From a bacterium (GTDB lineage Bacteria > UBA10199 > 2-02-FULL-44-16 > DYJF01): a stretch of 53,281 nt of DNA. Within the stretch, counting starts at the first letter, position 1, and each line of letters opens with the position of its first letter. The notes below the pieces were generated by a model. It saw nothing but the letters and a program-made list of their open reading frames with translations, had not been told where the DNA came from and searched no databases. This document shows positions 36,670 to 46,940 of the stretch, in pieces. Location of the stretch: the NCBI GenBank assembly GCA_041739675.1, contig JBGSNL010000009.1, positions 1-53,281 of the forward strand. Reading direction: 5' to 3'. The position numbers were made by a program, and so were the translations under genes.

Positions 36670-37311
36670 ATGAAGAACACGATAAGAGTCTGCATCTTTC
36701 TGGCCTCGATCGCGATGATTTTCTCTGCGGCGTGTAAAAAGAATATCGAAGTCAAGGCACCGGGCACTTCAACCGAACCGCAAGCAAGCGGGCAACCGGC
36801 TCAGCCAAAAGATTTCTCGGCCAATTTCAAATTCATAAGCAAAGCCGAAAATTTTGCAGGAAAAATATTTTCTACAAAAGACAAGACAAGAATGGAAATA
36901 CCCCAGTCGACTATTATCACCAGGGCGGATAAGAACGTCGTGTGGGTGGTCATGCCGGGGGGAAAGATGTACGTCGAATATCCGCTGCAGCAGAAAAACA
37001 TGGCCGCCGGTTTTCACAAGTTACCCAACGAAGTTTCGCGCAAATTCATAGCTTCCGAAATTGTGAACGGCCACAAGGCGGACAAATATATGGTGACCTA
37101 CACCGTTGGCAGCAATCAGGACACCATCTATCAATGGATCGTTTCCGACATGGGCATGCCGATAAAGACCGCGGCGATAGACAACTCGTGGTCGTATGAA
37201 TACGACAACGTGCAGCCGTTGACAGAGACGCCGGGCATGTTTGAAGTCCCGGAGATGTACAAGGAATTCAAGATGCCCAGCCAGGACAGCGAGTCGATCA
37301 CGCACTACTAG
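36670..37311 (+). CDS. Lipoprotein, DUF4412/LolA-like fold
   Basis: Lipobox SAAC; RME...IITRADK...EIVNGHKADKY...FEVP pattern. Confidence 0.7.
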   Translation: MKNTIRVCIFLASIAMIFSAACKKNIEVKAPGTSTEPQASGQPAQPKDFSANFKFISKAENFAGKIFSTKDKTRMEIPQSTIITRADKNVVWVVMPGGKMYVEYPLQQKNMAAGFHKLPNEVSRKFIASEIVNGHKADKYMVTYTVGSNQDTIYQWIVSDMGMPIKTAAIDNSWSYEYDNVQPLTETPGMFEVPEMYKEFKMPSQDSESITHY

Positions 37312-37653
37312 CTATTTCTTTTCTTCAGGGGGCGGAGGCGTTCCCATCGGGCCCATGCCGTGCGGGCCGCGCATCATGGGACCCATCGGCATTTTTCCCT
37401 CTTCCATCATCTTCTGCATCATCTGCCCCCTCATGCAGGGCCAGCCGCCCTTGGCGCACATATTGATGCACATGGCAACTGAGCCCAGAACGATGAGCAC
37501 GGAGAGAATGAAGGCGATCCAGCCTACCACCTTCCCCAGCTTCTGGTACGGATTGCCTTCCTTGCCGGCCACCCATACGAGAAACGCGGTTGCGATCACG
37601 AGAGCTACGATCGCATGAATTGCAGGACCATGACCCATTCCATATCCCATCAT
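37312..37653 (-). CDS. Small two-TM protein with Met/Gly/Pro-rich tail
   Basis: AGGAGG RBS, two hydrophobic helices. Confidence 0.65.
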   Translation of the reverse strand: MMGYGMGHGPAIHAIVALVIATAFLVWVAGKEGNPYQKLGKVVGWIAFILSVLIVLGSVAMCINMCAKGGWPCMRGQMMQKMMEEGKMPMGPMMRGPHGMGPMGTPPPPEEKK

Positions 37654-37721
37654 ATCCCCCTCCTTTGTTCAGTTGCCGTGAAGAATGCGCCGAAAAAAGT
37701 GAAATTCCAAGTTAAAAAAAT

Positions 37722-38789
37722 TCACGGTACGTCTCTGCCATCGCCCGCTTTCGGAATCCAGAAATGCGTTTCGCCGCTTTCTATGATCGCGCGCGCAAGT
37801 CTTTCGGACGCCTCGAACTGGCCGTCGTCGCCAAGGCTGAAAGTATCAAACTGCGTGGGGATGGAAGTTCCCGCCTGCAAAAATTGGTGTACTTGAAACG
37901 CCTCTTCAGGCGAAATATGGACCGGTGCCATGAACCAGCGGGGCTCAGACGCGCCGATCGGCAAGATCGCGAGCCTTGGCGGGCCGAACTTCGCTTTTAT
38001 CTCCTCAAAATGCGGCCCCATGCCGGTGTCTCCCGCAAAATAGACCGTGCCGGCAAGCCCCTGGATAACAAACCCTCCCCAGAGCGTGCGGTTGCGGTCG
38101 CAGAAACTTCGCGAAGAAAAATGGACCGACGGCACAAAGAAAAGTCTGACTCCGTTTTTTATCTCAAACGAGTCCCACCAATCCATCTCGTAGGCGCTTT
38201 TCAAGCCGTTATCATTGAGGAGCCTTTTGCTTCCGAGCCCCGAGAAGATGCGCGGGTCGAATTTCTGGGCAAGGCGCGTAAGAGTCGGGATGTCAGTATG
38301 ATCGTAGTGATTGTGGCTCAAAAGAACGATGTCGATCGGGGGAAGATCCTCAAAGTTTATTCCCGGCGGTATGTGGCGCCTGGGCCCTGCCCACGAGACT
38401 GGGCCGACGCGCGCCGACCACACGGGGTCGGTCAAAATATTGAGCCCGTCCATCTGGATGAGCACGGTGGAATGATTGACGAACGTGACGCGAAGGTCTT
38501 TTCCCGTCACACGCTCCGGCGGTTTCAGACCGGCAGGTAATTCTCTGTATGGCAGCCACAACCCGGGTTTTCTTGTCCATATCCACTTGAGAAAACTTCC
38601 GAAGTGTTCCCGCTCCGTGGAGTTTTTGTTGAAAAAAACCCTGCCGTTAAAATGATCGCTGGCGGGCCCATTGTATTTGGGCGCGGAATAGATAAAACAT
38701 CCTATCGCAAAAAACGCTACGAGCGTTGCAAGTATCGCTGCCAGAAACCACGTGAACGGTCTGAACCTGAAAGATTTTCTGCCGAACAT
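37722..38789 (-). CDS. MBL-fold metallo-hydrolase (RomA/NAPE-PLD-like)
   Basis: LTDPVWS, SHNHYDH, FAGDTG, LPIGA. Confidence 0.92.
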   Translation of the reverse strand: MFGRKSFRFRPFTWFLAAILATLVAFFAIGCFIYSAPKYNGPASDHFNGRVFFNKNSTEREHFGSFLKWIWTRKPGLWLPYRELPAGLKPPERVTGKDLRVTFVNHSTVLIQMDGLNILTDPVWSARVGPVSWAGPRRHIPPGINFEDLPPIDIVLLSHNHYDHTDIPTLTRLAQKFDPRIFSGLGSKRLLNDNGLKSAYEMDWWDSFEIKNGVRLFFVPSVHFSSRSFCDRNRTLWGGFVIQGLAGTVYFAGDTGMGPHFEEIKAKFGPPRLAILPIGASEPRWFMAPVHISPEEAFQVHQFLQAGTSIPTQFDTFSLGDDGQFEASERLARAIIESGETHFWIPKAGDGRDVP

Positions 38790-38888
38790 GAAGCCGAAGT
38801 TACACGCGATGGCCCCGTCGGGTCAAGACAAAGAGTTTTTATTGGCAACGACCCATGAAAGATGTAAATATCGTGCATCGGGGGTTAA

Positions 38889-39929
38889 ATGAAAAAGGAC
38901 GTGAAGATACTGGACGTGACGATCCGCGACGGGAGCTACGCGATCAATTACCAATACCTGCCTGAACAGGTTGCAAATATCGCCGCCGCGCTGGACAGGG
39001 CCGGCATAGATTATATTGAGGTGAGCCACGGATGCGGTCTGGGAGCGCGGGAAAATTTGAAAATTCCGTCCTCCGCATCGGACCGCGAATATGTCGAGGC
39101 GGCAAAGAAGGCGGTCAGGAAAGCGAAGATCGGCGTCATTGCGGGGCCGGAAATAGTCACTAAAAAGGAAAACATAGACGCCGTGGCCCGTCACGTTGAC
39201 TTCATCCGCTTCGCCGCGAACTGCGACAACGTGCGCATCGTCGAGACAAATATCAATTACGCAAAAAGGCTGGGTATCGAATGTTTCTTCCAGATGATGC
39301 GCGCATCGCGCCTTGAACCCAAAAAACTGCTGGCGTCCGCAAAGGACGTGGAAAAGATGGGGGCCTCCACCGTTTACCTTGTGGACACGGCGGGCCACTT
39401 TCTTCCGAAAGAAGTTTCAAAAATAATCTCTGAGATGAAAGAGAAGCTCAAAATAAAAGTGGGTTTTCACGGCCACAACAATCTGGGGCTCGCAATTGCA
39501 AACACAGTCGCTGCGATCGAAGCGGGCGCCGATTCGGTGGACGCGAGCTTACTCGGCATCGGGCGCGCGGGCGGCAACGCGCAGCTTGAGGCGCTCGTGT
39601 CGCTGATGAAACGAATGGGATACGCACAGAAGGTCGATCTCGATATCCTGCTCGCGGCGGCTGAAAAAAATATCGCGCCGATCATGCCGCCCTCGAGGGG
39701 AATTTCAAGAATCGACATAACGACGGCCGACGCGAACATCGATCTTTATCCCATGTCAGTGTTCGAGATGTTCTCGAAAGAGAGCGGCGCGGATTTCACC
39801 GATTTCATACGCAAGCTGGCGGCCTTCAAGGATATGACGGAAGTCGACATCCAGAGGCTTGCAAAAACGATCGAGCACTTCGGCGGCAACGCGGAGAAAA
39901 TTTTTGCGAAATACGGGGTCAAAAAATGA
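38889..39929 (+). CDS. 4-hydroxy-2-oxovalerate aldolase-like (DRE-TIM/HMGL-like) enzyme
   Basis: DVTIRDG, IEVSHG.GLG, VDTAG, GFHGHNNLGLA, GRAGGN. Confidence 0.8.
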   Translation: MKKDVKILDVTIRDGSYAINYQYLPEQVANIAAALDRAGIDYIEVSHGCGLGARENLKIPSSASDREYVEAAKKAVRKAKIGVIAGPEIVTKKENIDAVARHVDFIRFAANCDNVRIVETNINYAKRLGIECFFQMMRASRLEPKKLLASAKDVEKMGASTVYLVDTAGHFLPKEVSKIISEMKEKLKIKVGFHGHNNLGLAIANTVAAIEAGADSVDASLLGIGRAGGNAQLEALVSLMKRMGYAQKVDLDILLAAAEKNIAPIMPPSRGISRIDITTADANIDLYPMSVFEMFSKESGADFTDFIRKLAAFKDMTEVDIQRLAKTIEHFGGNAEKIFAKYGVKK

Positions 39930-41128
39930 TTTCTCTGGATGAGGCGTTAAAACTCGTAACGGAAAACGTCCGCACGCTTCAGGTTGTGCGCGTCACCCTT
40001 GACGACGCGTTCGGGTGCGCATCCGCAAACGACGTCCGCGCCGACTACGCCAATCCGCGGTTCGACAATTCGCAGATGGACGGATACGCGGTCAGATCGG
40101 GCGATCTTTTGAATGCCTCGCGCGAGAATCCAGTAACACTTGAGGTCGTCGACGATCTTCCTGCGGGAAGGATGTCCGAAAAAACCATAAAGGACGGGCA
40201 AGCGGTCAGGATCATGACAGGCGCCCCATTGCCACAAGGCGCAGATGCTGTGGTGGCGGTGGAAGATACGGAGGCCGCCGTAACCGGTGTAAAAATCTTC
40301 CGCGCGGCGCAAAATGGTGAGTTCGTCCGCTTCCATGGCGAGGACGTCAAGGCAGGCGAAACGATAATCGGGCGGGGAAAAGTATTGGGACCGTCTGAAA
40401 TTCTGGCGCTGGCAAGCCAGGGATTTGAAGATGTGGATGTCGTGAGACGTCCGAAGGTCGCCGTCATTGCGACGGGCGACGAGCTCATCACTCCGGGGCA
40501 GCAGCTCAAAGAGGGGCACATCTTCAACGCAAGCTCCGCGATGCTTTGCGCGCTGGTAAAGTCGGCCGGAGGAGTCGCATTCGACTTGGGAATTGCGCGC
40601 GATGATTCGAAAATCATCGCCGAAAAATTGTGCGAGGCGCTGGCCTCGGACATGATCATCATGACGGGCGGCGTTTCGGTGGGCGACTACGACCTTAACC
40701 GCAACGTGCTGGTTCGAATGGGCTGGCGGGAAGCGTTCTGGCGCGTGGCCGTCAAACCGGGAAAGCCGCTCGCCTTCGGAACCCTTGAGGGAAAACCCCT
40801 CTTCGGGATGCCGGGAAATCCCATATCGACGATGACGGCGTTCGAACTCTTCGCGCGCCCCGCTATCAGAAAAATGATGGGCGCCTTTCAAGACAACGGC
40901 CGGCGGCTCGCTGCCAAGCTGGCAAATGCCGTCCCGCGCGACAACGAGCGCGACCAGCTTCTCCTTGGAAATCTTCAATTTGAAAACGGCTCCGTTTCCG
41001 TCGCGGCAAGCGGCCCGCAAAACTCCGCGCATCTCAAGGGAGCATTGTCTGCAAACTGCCTCGCCCGAATCCCTGCCGGCTCCGGCACCCATCCTGCGGA
41101 AAGCATCGTAGAGATTTGGAAATTATAG
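39926..41128 (+). CDS. moeA: Molybdopterin molybdenumtransferase MoeA
   Basis: SQMDGYA, IMTGAP, TGDEL, TGGVSVGDYD, VKPGKP, PGNP. Confidence 0.95.
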   Translation: MISLDEALKLVTENVRTLQVVRVTLDDAFGCASANDVRADYANPRFDNSQMDGYAVRSGDLLNASRENPVTLEVVDDLPAGRMSEKTIKDGQAVRIMTGAPLPQGADAVVAVEDTEAAVTGVKIFRAAQNGEFVRFHGEDVKAGETIIGRGKVLGPSEILALASQGFEDVDVVRRPKVAVIATGDELITPGQQLKEGHIFNASSAMLCALVKSAGGVAFDLGIARDDSKIIAEKLCEALASDMIIMTGGVSVGDYDLNRNVLVRMGWREAFWRVAVKPGKPLAFGTLEGKPLFGMPGNPISTMTAFELFARPAIRKMMGAFQDNGRRLAAKLANAVPRDNERDQLLLGNLQFENGSVSVAASGPQNSAHLKGALSANCLARIPAGSGTHPAESIVEIWKL

Positions 41129-42331
41129 AACTTCTTTCAGCGATTTGCAGATGAAGGAGACATCTTTTTCGGTGAGCTTTGTGTGGAACGGCAAAAATGT
41201 TATGCGGTTTGCCACGGATTCAGTAACGGGCAGCGTGCCCGGGCCGGTGCCGAAGCGGTCCTGATAGATTTTCTGCAGATGGCAGGCGTGCCAGAAGCCC
41301 AGCATGACGCCCTTGTCCGCCATTTTTTTTGCGATCGCCCTGCGGTCCGGGACAAGGATCGCATAATGGGTGACGATGCTGCCGGAACCGACTTTCTGAA
41401 TCGCGATTTTTCCGGTATCGACAAAATCGGCGAGCTCACGATCGTACCATGATTTGAGCTTGCGGCGCTTTTCGAAAATTTCGACGCGTTTCTTCAGCTG
41501 CTCCAAAACTATCACGGCGTTGAGATCGTTCATCTTGAAGTTCGCGCCGAACGATGAAAGTTCTTCGGGGTTCGCGAAATTCATTCCCTGATACCCTATA
41601 GTTTGTATGCGCTCGATGATCGTCTTGTCGTTCGCAACGACGATTGCACCGCCCAAACCCGAAAGGGTCTTGGATGTCGCAAAGCTGTAGACCGTGGCGC
41701 CGCCTCCCAGGTTCACAAGCCCCGCCGGCATGCCTTTATTATCGGAGCCCATCGCCAGGGACGCGTCCTGCACAAGCGGGATATCGAGCTTAAGCCTTTC
41801 AAAAATTTCGTCGATCGGTTCGATATCAACGACCTGATTGAAATGGACAAGGAGAACCGCCTTCGTTTCTTTGCCGATCGCCTTTTCCAGCGACTTCATG
41901 TCCATGCAAAGGGTGTCGGGATCTATATCGACAAACTTCGGCGCGGCGCCCGCCAGCATGACGGCGTTGGGCACGCCCAGAAAATTCAAAGATGTGGTGA
42001 TGACTTCTCCCTGGCCAACGCCTTTCGTCATGAGTGCGGCCGCGATCCCCGCCGTAGCGCTCTGCGCTCCGCACGCCGAAAGGGGCATCTCCTTCACACC
42101 GCGCCTCTTACCTATCGTGTCCAGAAACGGATTCGAACCGAACTTGAAAGAGCAGAGAAAATCCAGAAACTCCCGGCTCAGCAGATGAATCGGCCCCTCC
42201 TCGAGGCTCCAATAATTCACAAAGGGAAATGTCTCGCCGCTGGAGAAAAGATCCGCTATGGCCTTGAGCTCGCGGGGCGACTTGGCCTCCGGCGGATCGA
42301 AAGAGGGATGAATCAGCGTGTACTTCATCAT
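41123..42331 (-). CDS. DegT/DnrJ/EryC1/StrS family PLP aminotransferase
   Basis: GAAPKFVDID, QDAS, SFATSKTLSGLGG (PLP Lys), GANFKMND. Confidence 0.85.
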   Translation of the reverse strand: MMKYTLIHPSFDPPEAKSPRELKAIADLFSSGETFPFVNYWSLEEGPIHLLSREFLDFLCSFKFGSNPFLDTIGKRRGVKEMPLSACGAQSATAGIAAALMTKGVGQGEVITTSLNFLGVPNAVMLAGAAPKFVDIDPDTLCMDMKSLEKAIGKETKAVLLVHFNQVVDIEPIDEIFERLKLDIPLVQDASLAMGSDNKGMPAGLVNLGGGATVYSFATSKTLSGLGGAIVVANDKTIIERIQTIGYQGMNFANPEELSSFGANFKMNDLNAVIVLEQLKKRVEIFEKRRKLKSWYDRELADFVDTGKIAIQKVGSGSIVTHYAILVPDRRAIAKKMADKGVMLGFWHACHLQKIYQDRFGTGPGTLPVTESVANRITFLPFHTKLTEKDVSFICKSLKEVL

Positions 42332-42414
42332 GCCGCGGAATTTATCACAGATACCTAAAAAACAAAAAGAATTTTATGGATTCGATTGTTTGTTTGGCAT
42401 AAATTACGCTGGTT

Positions 42415-44679
42415 ATGGTCATCAGGGTCGATGCAAGAGAGAAGGTCACGGGCGAGGCGAGATATGCCGACGATCTGAAATTCGACAGAATGATCTATGC
42501 CGTGCCGCTCTACTCCGCCCACCCTTCCGCGTTGATATTATCTATAGATACAAAACCCGCAAAAGACATGGAAGGTGTCGTGGACGTGATCACCGCCGAC
42601 GACATCCCGGGTAAAAAAAGAGTGGGAACCGTGATCCACGACCATGACGTCATGGCCGGCGACCGCGTTCGCTACATGGGCGACGTGGTGGCGATGGTCG
42701 CCGCCGAAACTCAGGAGATCGCGCGCGAAGCGGCGAAGCGCATCTTCGTGCAGTACGAGCCGCTCAAACCCGTTTTGACACCTGCTGACGCGCTCGCCAA
42801 AAATGCGGCCTGCGTTCATTCCGGCTGCCACGACAACATCGCTTCATCTTATAAGGTGAGGCACGGCGACGTGAAAAAGGGATTTGCGAAGAGCGTCAAC
42901 ATCATCGAGCGCGAGTTCGGAACGACATTCGTCGAGCATGCCTACATGGAGCCGGAATCTTGCACGGCGATCAGAAATCCCGACGGCTCCGTCACCGTTT
43001 ACGGCGGCATGCAACATCCTTTCACGACGCGGAAGTTCGTTGCATGGGCGTCGGGCCTTCCTTTGAACCGCGTTCAAATTATCCAGAGCACACTCGGCGG
43101 CGGATTCGGCGGAAAGGACGACACGATCTCCATGATCTGTGCGCGCGCCGCGCTCCTTGCGCTTCGCACCGGGCGGCCTGTCAAGATCACATACACGCGC
43201 GAAGAGTCCGTGCGCGAGAGCTACAAGCGCCACCCCTTCCATTTCAAATACAAAGTGGGCGTCGATAAAAAAGGGAAATTTCAGGCGATGAGAATCGATA
43301 TGACCGCCGACAGCGGCGCGTACTGCGCAACGTCACCGTTTGTAATCTGGCGCCCCACGGTGCAGTGCACGGGCCCCTACATCGTGCCCAATGTGCGCTG
43401 CGACACGCGCGCGGTTTACACGAACAACACCTTCACGGGTGCGATGCGCGGATTCGGTTCCCCGCAGGTGAATTTCGCGATCGAATCGATGATCGACGTC
43501 GTCGCGCATGAGATCGGGGCCGATCCTGTGGCGCTCCGAAAGAAGAATTTTTTCACTCAAGGATGCACGACCCACACCGGACAAAAATTTAATCAGCACA
43601 AAGTTTCCATAAACGAAGTCGTCGATAGGACGCTGGATGCGTTCGGCTGGAAGAAAAAATATCGTCTTTGCAGCAAGGGCAATATGAATGAAGACGGGAT
43701 CTATTACGGTGTCGGCATGGCCTGCTCCTACCGCGGTGTCTCTTTGGGAGCCGAGGGCAATGATTTCTGCGCGGCGATCGTCAACATTCAGCCCGACGGC
43801 TCGATGATCCTTGAGGTGGGCGTGGCGGAAAACGGCCAGGGACTCAAGACCGCGATGACGCACATCCTTGCAACCGAATTCGGGGTCGATCACTCAAGAA
43901 TCAGATTCATGGACACGGACACAAGCTCCATCACGGACAGCTGCCCGACCGTTGCATCGCGCGGAACGCTGGTCGGCGGAAATGCGGTGCTGGATGCCGT
44001 AAAAAAAATCAAAGATCAGATGAAGCCGGTGCTTAAAGAACTGATTGGCGTTTCGAAAAAAGGGTATCATTTCAAAAACGGTTACATCATCAACGCCGGA
44101 GAGCCGCGTAAAAAAATAAGGTTCGAAGACGCGGTGGCGGCCTGCCATAATAAAAAGATGTATCTATACGCGCTGGGGGTTTTTCAGGGGCCACCGGTGC
44201 ATTGGAAGGAAGAGACGGGGCAAGGCGACGCCTACTTCACTTACGTTTACGGATGCCAAGCGGCGGAGCTCACGGTCGACGCAAAAACGGGCAAGGTCTC
44301 GGTAAAAAAAGTCGTCGCGGCGCACGAAGTGGGCAAAGCGATAAATCCCCAGATGGCTGTCGGCCAGATCATCGGCGGCGTTGCGATGGGGCTTGGCTTC
44401 GCTCTCAAGGAACAGATAATTCATAAAGACGGCGTCATACAAAATATGAATTTTGATAAGTACAGAATTCCGACTGCCACTGAAGTGCCGGAGATTGAGG
44501 CAATACTAGTGGAAAATCCCGATCCCGCCGGGCCGTGGGGGGCAAAGGCGCTTGGCGAGCCGACAAATGAGCTCATGGGCGCGGCCGTAGCGAACGCAAT
44601 ATACAACGCAACGGGGATAAGATTTACAGAGGTGCCGATAACTCCAGAAAAGATCAGAAACGCGCTGATAGTGATATGA
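42415..44679 (+). CDS. Xanthine dehydrogenase family molybdopterin-binding subunit
   Basis: KVTGEARY, HAYMEP, LGGGFGGK, AMRGFG, GQG, GAKALGE. Confidence 0.93.
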   Translation: MVIRVDAREKVTGEARYADDLKFDRMIYAVPLYSAHPSALILSIDTKPAKDMEGVVDVITADDIPGKKRVGTVIHDHDVMAGDRVRYMGDVVAMVAAETQEIAREAAKRIFVQYEPLKPVLTPADALAKNAACVHSGCHDNIASSYKVRHGDVKKGFAKSVNIIEREFGTTFVEHAYMEPESCTAIRNPDGSVTVYGGMQHPFTTRKFVAWASGLPLNRVQIIQSTLGGGFGGKDDTISMICARAALLALRTGRPVKITYTREESVRESYKRHPFHFKYKVGVDKKGKFQAMRIDMTADSGAYCATSPFVIWRPTVQCTGPYIVPNVRCDTRAVYTNNTFTGAMRGFGSPQVNFAIESMIDVVAHEIGADPVALRKKNFFTQGCTTHTGQKFNQHKVSINEVVDRTLDAFGWKKKYRLCSKGNMNEDGIYYGVGMACSYRGVSLGAEGNDFCAAIVNIQPDGSMILEVGVAENGQGLKTAMTHILATEFGVDHSRIRFMDTDTSSITDSCPTVASRGTLVGGNAVLDAVKKIKDQMKPVLKELIGVSKKGYHFKNGYIINAGEPRKKIRFEDAVAACHNKKMYLYALGVFQGPPVHWKEETGQGDAYFTYVYGCQAAELTVDAKTGKVSVKKVVAAHEVGKAINPQMAVGQIIGGVAMGLGFALKEQIIHKDGVIQNMNFDKYRIPTATEVPEIEAILVENPDPAGPWGAKALGEPTNELMGAAVANAIYNATGIRFTEVPITPEKIRNALIVI

Positions 44680-45155
44680 AAGAGATATTTAAACTGAACA
44701 TTAACGGGAAGTCTTATGTGGTAAACGCGGATCCGGAGCGCACCCTTCTCGACGTTCTTCGCGAGGATCTGAGGCTCACGGGGACAAAGCGCGGGTGCGA
44801 TATCGGCCTGTGCGGCACATGCACCGTTCTCATAGACGGAAAGCCGAAGAGGTCGTGCATCGTCAAGGTGAGTTCCTTAAGTGAATCGCGAATCGAGACG
44901 ATTGAGGGCCTTTCAAGAGACGGCAAGCTCCATCCCATCCAGCAGGCCTTCATCGATTGCGGCGCGATACAGTGCGGATTTTGCACGCCGGGAATGGTGC
45001 TGACTGCAAAGGCGTTTCTCGACAAGAATCCCACCCCCTCGCGTGAGGAAATCCGTAAAGCGCTCGCTGCAAATTTATGCCGCTGCACGGGTTATCAGCA
45101 GATCGTCGATGCAATTGAGCTTGCGGCTAAGAGGATTTCCGGCGCCAAAATTTGA
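44676..45155 (+). CDS. (2Fe-2S)-binding subunit (CoxS/XdhC-type)
   Basis: GCDIGLCGTC, QCGFC, NLCRCTGY. Confidence 0.95.
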   Translation: MKEIFKLNINGKSYVVNADPERTLLDVLREDLRLTGTKRGCDIGLCGTCTVLIDGKPKRSCIVKVSSLSESRIETIEGLSRDGKLHPIQQAFIDCGAIQCGFCTPGMVLTAKAFLDKNPTPSREEIRKALAANLCRCTGYQQIVDAIELAAKRISGAKI

Positions 45156-45366
45156 ACATCTCTTTCATCTTCTGAACAAAAGGTTTTCCAAGGATAGCCG
45201 CGCCTACCCAGAAAACTATCTCCGCGGCGACAAACAAAGACACGTCTATCGTGCCTGCAAGCCAGAGCGGGATATTGAAGAGATGAACGACGGGGATAAT
45301 AAGCCAGAAAACACCCGACAAAACGACGAGCGCGATTCCGATCGTTTTCAATTTACCGGCCTGCAT
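45127..45366 (-). CDS. Small membrane protein (transporter-suffix-domain-like)
   Basis: AEIVFWVGAAILGK motif; abuts the nfo stop. Confidence 0.65.
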   Translation of the reverse strand: MQAGKLKTIGIALVVLSGVFWLIIPVVHLFNIPLWLAGTIDVSLFVAAEIVFWVGAAILGKPFVQKMKEMFKFWRRKSS

Positions 45367-46256
45367 TATCTTTTTCCGCCCTTCCCGATCAATTTTAGCA
45401 GCGTCTTCAAATTGCTTGAATCGTTCTTGAATGTATCGTCCTCTTTGGGAGTTTCAAGGACCATCGGGACCTTAATGAGATTATCGTCGTTCATTATATT
45501 CCTGAAACCAGCAAGTCCGATTTTTCCCCTTCCTATGTGTTCATGGCGATCGATCCTGCTTCCCAGTTCCCCCTTCGAATCGTTCAGATGAATCGCGACG
45601 AGTTTTTTCATCCCGATTATTTTACCGAATTCCCGCCAAGTTTTTTTATATCCCTCTTTCGATCTGATGTCATATCCTGCAGCGTATGCGTGGCACGTGT
45701 CAAAGCAGATTCCCAGACGATTGCCCGCCTTGACCACATCCATTATGGCCGCCAGTTCTTCGAATGATCTGCCAAGCTGATGGCCCTGCCCCGCCGTCGT
45801 TTCAAGCGCGATGCCCGTCTTGAGATCCGACGTCCTATCAAAAACCCTTCCTATCGCCTCCACAACTTTGAATATCCCCCAATCCCTCCCCTTCTCTTTT
45901 GGGCTTCCCGGATGGACGACAACAAACGGCAAGCCAAGCGCATCCGCCCTTTCCACTTCGCCTGTCATCGCATCGACGGATTTGCGAAATATCGAAGAAT
46001 CAGGCGCGGCAAGATTTATGAGATACATCGCGTGCGCAAAGGCGAGCCTTACGCTCCCCGTTTCCATGTTCGTCCTGAACTTTTCGATGTCGGCCGGATC
46101 AAGTTCAGATTGCTTCCACTGGCGATTTGAGGAAGTGAAAAGCTGTATCGCAGTGCAGCCGATCAGGCTCCCGACCTCGACGGCACTGGCCACCCCGCCC
46201 GCTATGGAGCAGTGGGCACCGAGAAGGCGTCCTTTTATCTTGACCCTCGGCTTCAT
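45366..46256 (-). CDS. nfo: Endonuclease IV
   Basis: GAHCSIAGG, HAMYLINL, HPG, LETTAG, DTCH, HLNDS, DRHEHIG, LETP. Confidence 0.96.
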   Translation of the reverse strand: MKPRVKIKGRLLGAHCSIAGGVASAVEVGSLIGCTAIQLFTSSNRQWKQSELDPADIEKFRTNMETGSVRLAFAHAMYLINLAAPDSSIFRKSVDAMTGEVERADALGLPFVVVHPGSPKEKGRDWGIFKVVEAIGRVFDRTSDLKTGIALETTAGQGHQLGRSFEELAAIMDVVKAGNRLGICFDTCHAYAAGYDIRSKEGYKKTWREFGKIIGMKKLVAIHLNDSKGELGSRIDRHEHIGRGKIGLAGFRNIMNDDNLIKVPMVLETPKEDDTFKNDSSNLKTLLKLIGKGGKR

Positions 46257-46318
46257 TTTGGCGGATGTTAACAGATAATATCGCGCCGTTCGATAAAAAT
46301 TTGCATCAGGAGGGATTC

Positions 46319-46900
46319 ATGAAAAAAACAACTTTAGCTCTGGCCGCCGTTTTATTTTTCGGAATCGTGAGCACCGCTCACGCGAAGGAGGATTTCGATA
46401 TCGAGGCGTTCTCGCCGAATCAATTCTACACCTTCGTGAAGGTTTTCGGTGAGATGAGGGGGCCGCTTCGCTCCGAGATAATGAAAGACAAGAACACCAA
46501 CTTTGAAAATGCCGATCCCCTGAAGTACGTCGAAAAGGTCCAAAATTCAAAAGACGTCAAAAAATCTCTCAAAGAAAACGACATCAAATGGGAGGATTTC
46601 AGAGAGCTCATGGGGAATATCCTCTTGGGCTACTTTTCAATCCAGCCCGACAAGACGAAAGCTGCTATGATAAAGCAGCTCGCCTCTTACGGTCTGTTTC
46701 TTGAATCGGATCAGATCCCGCCGGAATACCGCGAGCTTGTGACGGAAGTCGTGAAGAGCGACGCCGGCGCGGCGCTGGCAAGCATGGCGCTTGAGACTTT
46801 TGTGCAGATACCCGAAGAGAATATCGCGATCGTCAAGAAGAACAAAAAGGATCTGGACCGGATGTTCTACACGAAATACTGGATAGACGAGCTCAAATAA
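46319..46900 (+). CDS. Hypothetical exported protein
   Basis: Signal peptide ending AHA; AGGAGG RBS. Confidence 0.7.
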   Translation: MKKTTLALAAVLFFGIVSTAHAKEDFDIEAFSPNQFYTFVKVFGEMRGPLRSEIMKDKNTNFENADPLKYVEKVQNSKDVKKSLKENDIKWEDFRELMGNILLGYFSIQPDKTKAAMIKQLASYGLFLESDQIPPEYRELVTEVVKSDAGAALASMALETFVQIPEENIAIVKKNKKDLDRMFYTKYWIDELK

Positions 46901-46940
46901 ATCGGGTAGTATGCAAAGCAATTTTGCAAAAGGGGGTTTT

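Noticed and set aside
42395..42410. Sigma-54-like TGGCATAAATTACGCT upstream of the Mo subunit
   Set aside because: The -12 element is degenerate and the ATG at 42415 would lie upstream of the predicted start site
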